DNA from: Nitrospinota bacterium
GTDB taxonomy: Bacteria; UBA8248; JACPRG01; G963555815
Reading direction: 5' to 3'
DNA: 61,180 bases
NCBI GenBank assembly: GCA_046758845.1
Contig: JBHIBA010000001.1
Span: forward strand, 1 to 61,180
Shown: positions 43,313 through 50,874 of the stretch, in pieces
Numbering within the stretch: the first letter of the stretch is position 1
Layout: the number at the start of each line of letters is the position of its first letter
Program-made: the position numbers and the translations under genes
Notes under the pieces: model-generated
Databases searched by the model: none
What the model saw: the letters and a program-made list of their open reading frames with translations, nothing else
What the model was told of the DNA's origin: nothing

Positions 43313-43640
43313 ATGGACCGTTTGGATGCGCGAACTTTGTCCGCCCAAGCCCAGGAAGACCTGCGGCGCCGCGTGGTCGGGGCGGTGGAAGAGGGCCTGT
43401 CGCAGGCCGAGGCTTCGACCCGAAGAGGGCCGGCAGGCGGTGCGCCTGATCACCGACCGATGTCCCGACCAGCTCAAACCGCCCTTCGCCCTTTGGACGC
43501 GCCAGGCGGTGCAACGGCTGTTGGCCGAGCGCTTTGGGGTTACGGTGTCGGTGTGGACGGTCGGGCGGTATCTGACAGACTGGGGGTTCACGCCGCAAAA
43601 ACCCCTGCGCCGCGCGTACGAGCAGAACCCGGCGGCGGCG
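43313..43640 (+). mobile_element. IS630-family transposase N-terminal remnant (frameshifted, truncated)
   Basis: Frame 1 has LDARTLSAQAQEDLRRRVVGAVEEGLSQAEA (HTH). Frame 2 has RQAVRLITDRCPDQLKPPFALWTRQAVQRLLAERFGVTVSVWTVGRYLTDWGFTPQKPLRRAYEQNP. The DDE catalytic part is absent. Confidence 0.6.
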
Positions 43641-43841
43641 GTTGGCGAGGGCCAAGGGAGCGGAGGGAAGACCGGGGCTCGGCCTCGGATGGAACCGCGC
43701 CTTCCCCGGTTCAGCCGGGTCCAGGAGGACGTAGCCTTCGCCGTCGGGTCCGCGGTGGACGATGGCGTCGTTCATCCGGACCAGCGCCTCCAGGTCCACC
43801 CGCGCCCCGTCCCGATGATAGATTCCTACGATCCCGCACAC
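43608..43841 (-). pseudogene. asparagine synthase (glutamine-hydrolysing) 5' stub
   Basis: MCGIVGIYHRDGARVDLEALVRMNDAIVHRGPDGEGYVLL... is the Ntn-amidotransferase start of AsnB-type enzymes. Similarity is lost after ~75 codons where the IS630 remnant abuts it. Confidence 0.55.
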
Positions 43842-43964
43842 GGCCCCCGGCCTTTCCTTTTCAATGGAACGAGAACAAAGCCCTTATTTGAATGAGAAGA
43901 AGGGTATCTCTTAAACGAGAGATGTGTCACACGGCATCGTACCTAGAATGCCTGCGAGCAAACA

Positions 43965-45608
43965 TTACTGCTCCGCCTCCCAGATCTTAACCGTCCAACC
44001 CACTCCTGCTGCCAACTTCTTGCCGTCGGGGGAGAAGCCGACTGAATCTGCTGACGACGACCTACCCACGGTTATGATTCCTTTACGTGCCCCTGAGCGA
44101 ACGTCCCACAGTCTCACCTTCTTGTCATAGCCTGCACTAGCAACGGTCTTTCCGTCAGGCGAAAATACTACCCACAGTACTGTTTCAGTATGCCCGATCA
44201 GCGTACGCTTAAGAGCCCCGCTTTGAGTGTCCCAGAGCCTCACCGTATTGTCCCCACTCCCACTCGCCAGCGTTCTACGATCAGGCGAAAAGGCGACCGA
44301 TTCCACACCGTAGGTATGCCCGGTCAGTTTTCGCCTCAATCTTCTTGTTTGCACGTCCCAGAGTATAACCGTCTTGTCCCAACCTCCGCTTGCGAGCGTT
44401 TCGCCGCCGGGGGAATACGCAACCGAATACACGCTATTTGTATGTCCAGTCAGCGTCTGCAGCAAAGCGCCGGACCTGGCATGCCATATCTTCACCGCAT
44501 CGTCAAACCCTCCGCTTGCTACTAGTTTGCCGTCAGGTGAGAACGCGACTGATTTTATGCCCCCGACGTGTTCTTTTCTTGTCCACTTAGGCTTGCCGCT
44601 CCGAACATCCCAAAGTGTCATCTGGCCAGGTTTCGAAAGATTTCCCGCCTCTGCCCCGGTCACTATCATTTTTCCGTCCGGTGAAAAGGCAATTGATACC
44701 ACCCGCCCTTCTTGCTCCATTGTCATGATCAATGAGCCACTTTGATAGTCCCACAGTTTCACAGAGCTATCGTCATAGGAATGAGGAGGCTTCCCCTTAT
44801 CCAGCGCTGTGGCGATCACATAAGCACCAGGCGAGAATGCGACTTGATTTACACTAGAAAACGTCTTTATCGTCCGAACTAGGTCATATAACGCAAAGTG
44901 AATGACTACCCGCGCGACGGCGGGCGACACCCGCTTGAACAGCGTGGGACCGCGAAGCCTATCCTTCGCCCCTCTCGTCGCGAGGTCTACCGCTTCGTCC
45001 CGCAGCAGCGGCTTGGCGTAGTTGATGGGCACGGCGAAGCCGACGTTGGACACGACAGCGCCAAACAGCTTCGCGTTGATGACGCCGATGACTTCGCCCT
45101 CCTCATTCACCAGCGGCCCGCCACTGTTGCCCGGGTTCACAGCCGCGTCAATTTGGAAGACCTTCTGCGCCCCTTTCGTCTGGATTCCCGAGACGATCCC
45201 GCGTGTCACTTTCAGGCTCTCACCTAATGCACTTGCCAGGGGAAAGCCAAACACTCGCACCTCTTCGCCCACCTCGACAGTATTGGAGTTGCCCAGTGGC
45301 AGAATAGGCAAGTTCTTGGCCTTGATCTGGAGGACCGCCAGATCACGTTTCTTGTCCACGCCCAGAACAAAGGCGTTGTAACTCTTGCCGCCAATCGCCA
45401 CCTCCACGTTTGCCGCGTCCTTCACAGCGTGGGCGGCGGTGAGAAGGTAACCGTCGGAGTGCACGACAAACGCCGTTGCCGTGGGTCTGCGCTGCGTCTG
45501 CGCCGTGGTTGGTTGCTTAACGCCAACTGCTAGACCAACGATCAGGACAAAAGCAACGAGGACGACGCTTACACGCCAGCGGACCCGAAAAATGCGCGCT
45601 TTCAACAT
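43965..45608 (-). CDS. membrane-anchored trypsin-like (S1) serine protease fused to a 7-bladed WD40 beta-propeller
   Basis: N-terminal TM. Triad contexts LLTAAHAV, KKRDLAVLQI, GNSGGPL. Seven WD repeats follow (e.g. VKSVAFSPDGKLVASGGFDDAVKIWH, VESVAFSPDRRTLASGSGDNTVRLWD). Visibly AT-richer than the flanks. Confidence 0.85.
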   Translation of the reverse strand: MLKARIFRVRWRVSVVLVAFVLIVGLAVGVKQPTTAQTQRRPTATAFVVHSDGYLLTAAHAVKDAANVEVAIGGKSYNAFVLGVDKKRDLAVLQIKAKNLPILPLGNSNTVEVGEEVRVFGFPLASALGESLKVTRGIVSGIQTKGAQKVFQIDAAVNPGNSGGPLVNEEGEVIGVINAKLFGAVVSNVGFAVPINYAKPLLRDEAVDLATRGAKDRLRGPTLFKRVSPAVARVVIHFALYDLVRTIKTFSSVNQVAFSPGAYVIATALDKGKPPHSYDDSSVKLWDYQSGSLIMTMEQEGRVVSIAFSPDGKMIVTGAEAGNLSKPGQMTLWDVRSGKPKWTRKEHVGGIKSVAFSPDGKLVASGGFDDAVKIWHARSGALLQTLTGHTNSVYSVAYSPGGETLASGGWDKTVILWDVQTRRLRRKLTGHTYGVESVAFSPDRRTLASGSGDNTVRLWDTQSGALKRTLIGHTETVLWVVFSPDGKTVASAGYDKKVRLWDVRSGARKGIITVGRSSSADSVGFSPDGKKLAAGVGWTVKIWEAEQ

Positions 45609-45863
45609 GGATAAATCCTCCCCTTCGGAACACGGGCTGACACCCGGAGAGTAATCCAGAAATTATCAGGAATTATACACGTGTGCCGTCCCCGGCCGTT
45701 GGCTCACAGGCCATCCCTTGGACAGTCAAACGGCAAGGGCCGGTACAGGAGTCACCGACTCTCGCCCGGCCCCTACATCCGAAAATTCCAATATGTAGCC
45801 AAACGTAGGGGCGGGGCGGAGCTTGCACTGAGCGAAGCCGAGGTGTACCCGCCCGCAAGAAAT

Positions 45864-47282
45864 TTACGCGGAGACGGTTTCCACCATCGGGTCCTCTCGC
45901 CGCGCCTCGAGCCCCAACCCGGAGAGGATTTCCCGGGCGAAGGCCAGATTCCTCTCTACGGCGTCCGCGTTCGAGGCCGCGATTGCATCGGCCGCCTCGC
46001 AGGCCCGCCGCATGGCTTCGCCGTCTTTCATGAGCCGCAAGATCGTCTGCGCCATCTCTTCGCCGGTCCGGACCCGAAGGCCGGAGTCGGACCGCAAGAG
46101 CGCCTCGGTGATCTCCCCCCAGTGGTTCATGTGGGGACCGAAGAGGAGCGGACGACCATGAGCCAGCGGCTCGATGGGGTTGTGGCCGAAGGCCAATTTC
46201 CCTTTCGGGACGATGCTGGCTCCGACAAAATTGAGGGTCCCGAGCCCGTAGAGTCGGGGCAGTTCGCCAAAGGTGTCCACGACGATCACCGCGTCGCGGG
46301 GAGCATCGCCGGCATCGAGCGCGGTCTTTCGCTGGTAACCGACGCCCGCCTTGGAGAACACCTCGTCCAGCTTCAGCGCGTTGCTGTAGTAACTCGGGGC
46401 CATCAAGAGGCGGAGGTCCGGAAAAACTTCCCGAACGCGCCGATAGGCCTCCAGGACGACTTCGTCCTCTCCGGCCCGGACGCTCCCGGCGACGAGGACC
46501 GGGGCTTGGGGAGAAATCCCCAGCCTGCGGCGAATCTCCAGGCGCTCCCCTTCCGCGAGACGAAGGTACTCCAAGTCGTACTTCATTTCGCCGACCACGC
46601 GGATCCTCTCCGGGTCGGCGCCCAGGCGGCGGTAGCCTTCCGCGTCCGCCTCCGACTTCACGCCGATGTAGTCCAGAAACCGGTGAAACCCCCGAGGAAT
46701 GGAGCGGGACACAATCTCGTGGGCTTCGTAACCGTGGCTCATGAACCCGCTGAGGAGAACCGTCCGCGTCCCCGCCCGCTGGGCTTCCCGGCACAGCACC
46801 GGGTAGCTCATGTTCTCTATGAAGAAAACGACCTTGGGGCGAAGCGTCCGGATGACGCGGCGAACCACGTTTCGGAGGTCCCACGGACTGTCGAACACAA
46901 AATCCAACTCTTCCCGCCGGCTGGAGAAATCGAAGGAGTACCGGTTGTTGGTGGAAAGCACCAGATTGACGCCGGGATAAAGCGCCCTCAGGCGTTTGAC
47001 GAACGTGACGACCTGCGTGTTCTCGCCCCCCGAGAGGGCCTCGATCCAGACGGTCGGGCGGCGACGCGCGAGCGCCCTGAGGCCCTCCGGTAAAAACCCC
47101 CACCGGCTCCGGAAGAACCGGTGGAAATAGGGGTCCTCCCCGAACGCCACCCGCTTCAGAAAGGTCACCGGCAGGTAGGCGTACGCCTTGAGGACGTACC
47201 TGACCTCACGCGCCAGGTTTTTTGGATTCAACTTCGCGGCCCCCTTCGTGGCCCCCTTCGCGGCCATTATGCCGGAGCGCAC
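45864..47282 (-). CDS. waaA: 3-deoxy-D-manno-octulosonic acid (Kdo) transferase-like glycosyltransferase (GT30)
   Basis: 472 aa. ...VWIEALSGGENTQVVTFVKRLRALYPGVNLVLSTNN..., ...VGASIVPKGKLAFGHNPIEPLAHGRPLLFGPHMNHW... is typical WaaA/KdtA. Start is uncertain because it overlaps the upstream gene by 77 nt. Confidence 0.8.
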   Translation of the reverse strand: MRSGIMAAKGATKGAAKLNPKNLAREVRYVLKAYAYLPVTFLKRVAFGEDPYFHRFFRSRWGFLPEGLRALARRRPTVWIEALSGGENTQVVTFVKRLRALYPGVNLVLSTNNRYSFDFSSRREELDFVFDSPWDLRNVVRRVIRTLRPKVVFFIENMSYPVLCREAQRAGTRTVLLSGFMSHGYEAHEIVSRSIPRGFHRFLDYIGVKSEADAEGYRRLGADPERIRVVGEMKYDLEYLRLAEGERLEIRRRLGISPQAPVLVAGSVRAGEDEVVLEAYRRVREVFPDLRLLMAPSYYSNALKLDEVFSKAGVGYQRKTALDAGDAPRDAVIVVDTFGELPRLYGLGTLNFVGASIVPKGKLAFGHNPIEPLAHGRPLLFGPHMNHWGEITEALLRSDSGLRVRTGEEMAQTILRLMKDGEAMRRACEAADAIAASNADAVERNLAFAREILSGLGLEARREDPMVETVSA

Positions 47283-47970
47283 TCTCCCAGGCGGGAAAAA
47301 GCAATTCGGCGATCTTCAGATCGATCCCCGACCGCACGTCCACGCGCCCGGCGAGGTCCCGGATGGGGACCATCCCGACCCGGTACCCCAAGCGGTCTCC
47401 TCTTTTGATGATTTCCCCCCGGGTCGCACAGACCATACCGCTGATCTCCCGGTAAATGGGCTTCCGCTCCGAGCGCGGGGCGTGGCTCGATTCGCCGACG
47501 GGGGTGAGCCTGCCCTTTTCCTGATACCAGAAGTTGGCGTTTTCCTCGCAGGCCACAAACACCGAATCCCAGTCCTCCCGCACGAGGGTCTCGACAATCT
47601 TGTCGATGAGGCCCGGAAGACGGAAGGGATGGGAAACCTCCAGGAGGACCACGACGTCCACCGCGTTTCCTTCGTGCTCTTCCAACCATCCGACGGCGTG
47701 TTGGAGGACCCGCTCGAGGGGGACGCCCGGACCGGCCAGTTCGCGCGGGCGCAGGAACGGCGTCTCGGCCCCTTCCCGGCGCGCCAGCTCGGCCGTTTCC
47801 TCGTCTTCGGTGGTGACGATGATCCGGTCCACCAGGCGGCTGTCCTTGGCCGCATCCAGGGTGTGAACGAGGAGGGGCTTGCCGCGCAGCAGCTCCCGAT
47901 AGAGTCGTTTCCCCTGAACCGGAACGAGGGCGATGACCTGACTCTTCGGGGAGTCAGCGGGCGATGTCAT
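47206..47970 (-). CDS. acylneuraminate cytidylyltransferase-family paralogue with degenerate N-terminal nucleotide-binding motif
   Basis: CTP_transf_3-like fold, but the N-terminus reads VIALVPVQGKRLYRELLRGKPLL. The neighbouring paralogue has the canonical VVPARGGSKGLTRKNLRLLAGKPLL. Confidence 0.75.
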   Translation of the reverse strand: MTSPADSPKSQVIALVPVQGKRLYRELLRGKPLLVHTLDAAKDSRLVDRIIVTTEDEETAELARREGAETPFLRPRELAGPGVPLERVLQHAVGWLEEHEGNAVDVVVLLEVSHPFRLPGLIDKIVETLVREDWDSVFVACEENANFWYQEKGRLTPVGESSHAPRSERKPIYREISGMVCATRGEIIKRGDRLGYRVGMVPIRDLAGRVDVRSGIDLKIAELLFPAWESALRHNGREGGHEGGREVESKKPGA

Positions 47971-48712
47971 AAACGTCCGAACCCTTCCACTCCGTCAAGA
48001 CCTCCTCCGCCAGCCACAGGTCGAACTCGTCGTGAATGTCCACGGCGGTGGCCGGATCCTCGTTCCAGAGGATGTCCACGCGGCTCCCCACGCGGCGGGG
48101 CGGCTCCTCCAGAAGGAGGCGGGCCCGGGTGGCGCACGCCAGTCCCGTGTCCTCGCGGTAAACCGGCCTCTTCCTCTGCCGCGAGGAATGCCCCGGGTAC
48201 TCGCCCAGGGGTTCGTACCCTCCGCCTTCGGCGTTCTTCCAGAAGTTCTTGTGCGTCTTGTACGCCACGAAAGCCGTTTCCAGCGTCGGGTCCTCCTGAA
48301 GCCTCCGGACAACCTCATCGATCCATCCGGTGCGGCGGAAGACATCGGTGGTCTGGAGGTAGACGAGGATCCCCACCTCGGTCCCCTCGTTTTCCCTCAG
48401 CCAGTGGCAGGCGTGGGCGAGGGTGTCCTCCGTGGTCGCCCAGTCGGAGGTCAACTCGGCAATCCGGCCCGAAGGGGTGCGGAAGGCGTCGGGCCGAAGA
48501 AACGGCGTCTCTGCGCCCCACTGCCGTGAGACGCGGGCGATCTCCTCGTCGTCCGTGGTCACGATCACCCTCTCGACCCGCTGAGCCTTGACCGCCGCCT
48601 GGACGCTGTGAGCCAGGAGGGGCTTTCCCGCCAGGAGCCGGAGGTTTTTCCGGGTCAGACCCTTGGACCCGCCTCTGGCGGGGACGACGGCAACCACCGG
48701 CCCATCGGCCAT
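47954..48712 (-). CDS. acylneuraminate (CMP-nonulosonate/CMP-Kdo type) cytidylyltransferase
   Basis: VVAVVPARGGSKGLTRKNLRLLAGKPLLAHSV... is the canonical NeuA/KdsB-type motif. 252 aa. Confidence 0.85.
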   Translation of the reverse strand: MADGPVVAVVPARGGSKGLTRKNLRLLAGKPLLAHSVQAAVKAQRVERVIVTTDDEEIARVSRQWGAETPFLRPDAFRTPSGRIAELTSDWATTEDTLAHACHWLRENEGTEVGILVYLQTTDVFRRTGWIDEVVRRLQEDPTLETAFVAYKTHKNFWKNAEGGGYEPLGEYPGHSSRQRKRPVYREDTGLACATRARLLLEEPPRRVGSRVDILWNEDPATAVDIHDEFDLWLAEEVLTEWKGSDVYDIAR

Positions 48713-48726
48713 AGCGCGTGGGTTCT

Positions 48727-49425
48727 CTACTCGTCCAAGAGGGGTTGCCGGCCGTTGATGAGCTCGATCATCTTCACGACCCGCTCGGCTCGGGCGGCGT
48801 CCATCGTCTGGTGAATGCCGTGGGGGTGGTACACACTGGCCTGGGGCTCGTAAACGATATGGTAGCCGGATGCGATGACCCTCTTGGCCCAGTCCCGGTC
48901 CTCGACGCCGTTGAGTTCCTCGTCAAAGGGGATGCGCTCCCAGACGTCCCGGCGGATCATGGCGTTGGCATTGTGAAAGAAGGAGTCCTTGACCTGGACC
49001 TTGCGGTCCAGCCCGAAGATGTTCCAGAGGTCCCGCTTGTCGAAGGTGTGGGAGTCGGGCAAAGGTTCCTGCCGGCCGTAGACCGCCGCCACCGCGGGCG
49101 GGCCGAAGTCCGCGGCCAGGCGGTCGAGCCACTTGTTGTGGACCGGGATGCAGTGACCCGACAAACAGACCAGGAACTCGCCTCCCGACGCCTGCATTCC
49201 CCGGTTCAGGGCCCGGCCGAAGCTGAACTCGGAGTCGGTGATGGGGACCACCTTGCAATCGAATTCCCGGACGATCTCCGCCGTCCCGTCCTCCGATTCG
49301 TTGTCCACGACGATAACCTCCCGATTGGTGTAATCCTGCAAGGAGGCCGCCGCCAGGCACCGGCGGATCCACGTCGCTTCATTCTTGGTCCGGATAATGA
49401 TCGAAATCAGCGGTCGGCTGGTCAT
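48727..49425 (-). CDS. family 2 glycosyltransferase
   Basis: ISIIIRTKNEATWIRRCLAAASLQDYTNREVIVVDNESEDGT... with a DxD-like region and the GT-A fold pattern. Confidence 0.85.
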   Translation of the reverse strand: MTSRPLISIIIRTKNEATWIRRCLAAASLQDYTNREVIVVDNESEDGTAEIVREFDCKVVPITDSEFSFGRALNRGMQASGGEFLVCLSGHCIPVHNKWLDRLAADFGPPAVAAVYGRQEPLPDSHTFDKRDLWNIFGLDRKVQVKDSFFHNANAMIRRDVWERIPFDEELNGVEDRDWAKRVIASGYHIVYEPQASVYHPHGIHQTMDAARAERVVKMIELINGRQPLLDE

Positions 49426-50444
49426 TTCACCTCCACCAAACCGAAGGTGATGGGCTCGTCCTTTTGGATGTGATAGAGGGCGCGGCGGCCCAAAAGCCGA
49501 GGAAGCATCCGCGGGGTCAAACCCCGCAGCGGGGCTTTGGTCGTGAGCATCTCCCGGGTGAGGATCGAGCCCTGGGGGATGTCCACCGCCGCGACCACCG
49601 AACGACGCTCGTCGTCAAAGGAATCGTGTTCCTGGGGCAGGACCCGTTTCTCGGCCGGTCCCGACAAAGCGCGCTCGATGCGCCGGACAGCGTCCACCCA
49701 CCGCCGCAGAGGGTCCGGCTCGGCGCTGAAGGCGTGGTCCGAACCGGGAAGCCGGCGGTCCAGCGTGAGGCGCTTCTGGAGCACTCGCGCGCCCAACGCC
49801 ACGGCCACCGGAGCGCTCAGAAGGCCCTCCTCGTGGTCGTCGTATCCGATGGGCCGGTCAAACTGGCGGAGCCATTGCAACATCTGGAGCTGGCCCTCTT
49901 CGGCTCGCATGGGGGAGCACGCGACGCCGTGAAGCAACGTCAGCTCGCCCCCCTCGAAGTGCCGGACGATTTCCGACACCTCATCCGCGTCGCACGCTGC
50001 GGTTGAGACGAAAACCGGTCGCTTCAGAGAGGACAGCGCATCCAGAAGCGGCGTGTCCGTGTTGCATCCGGCAGGCACGTAGAAGCCGTCCACCTCGAGG
50101 TGGTCCAGGAATTCGAGCGACTTCAGGTCGAAGGGCGTCCCCCAAAAGGTGAGGCGGCCCCGAGCGAATTCGCGCAGACGCGCGAAGGCCTCGCCGTCCA
50201 GGTCCAGGCGCCGGGCAACCTCCCGGGCGTTTTTCCCCAGTTCCGGAAAGGCGGCCTCGGCCCGCCAAAGCGCCTCCCGGCCGAAGGTCGCCTCCGGCGA
50301 GCGCTTGTGAAAATTCACGCCATCGCAGCCGCAGTCCGCGGCGACTTCCAACAGTCTGCGGGCGCGCTCATAATCCCCGTTATGATTCACCCCGATCTCC
50401 GCCACCAGGGCGCAGCGAATGGGGGCAGGCTGGTTTTGGGTCAT
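49422..50444 (-). CDS. neuB: N-acetylneuraminate (nonulosonic acid) synthase family protein with C-terminal SAF domain
   Basis: ALVAEIGVNHNGDYERARRLLEVAADCGCDGVNFHKR... is the NeuB TIM-barrel start. The C-terminus (...DIPQGSILTREMLTTKAP...) is SAF/antifreeze-like. Confidence 0.85.
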   Translation of the reverse strand: MTQNQPAPIRCALVAEIGVNHNGDYERARRLLEVAADCGCDGVNFHKRSPEATFGREALWRAEAAFPELGKNAREVARRLDLDGEAFARLREFARGRLTFWGTPFDLKSLEFLDHLEVDGFYVPAGCNTDTPLLDALSSLKRPVFVSTAACDADEVSEIVRHFEGGELTLLHGVACSPMRAEEGQLQMLQWLRQFDRPIGYDDHEEGLLSAPVAVALGARVLQKRLTLDRRLPGSDHAFSAEPDPLRRWVDAVRRIERALSGPAEKRVLPQEHDSFDDERRSVVAAVDIPQGSILTREMLTTKAPLRGLTPRMLPRLLGRRALYHIQKDEPITFGLVEVK

Positions 50445-50874
50445 CTCTGGCGAGGGAATCGTCCCGGCTTGACGAGGTATCCCGCAAGGTCACCCGCAGG
50501 ATGCGGCGAGAACGGCTCCATCCCCCGCATTTCCTCTAATGGCCGGAGCCCATTTACCACTTTCCCGGACAAGAGCAAATCGGGCAGGCGCACACCTCCT
50601 CCGGGCAAACCTCTCCACCCATTTGACCGAAAAACCATACCTTCCACCAGTCGGAACTGTCAAGGGAGATCTCCCGTGGGGGAAGCTCTGGGGGCCCTTT
50701 GGGAAAGATATCCTCGCAAGCCCTAAACACAGAACCGGAGACATCCCCTCAACCGGCCTGCGCTTCCCGCCGCCCGAGCCCCAGGAGGAAGAACTGAAAC
50801 CACCGCTCCTGCCCGCTGTGATAAGATTGCTGTGCCTGCAACGCGACATCTCCTTCTAGCCCCTGGGGCCTGAA

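Noticed and set aside
45673-47103. 476-aa minus and 470-aa plus ORFs overlapping waaA
   Set aside because: The 45864..47282 minus frame carries the Kdo-transferase motifs. The others are Arg/Pro/Gly-rich alternative frames.
47188-48591. 467-aa plus-strand ORF
   Set aside because: It is antisense to the two cytidylyltransferase genes, with no motifs.
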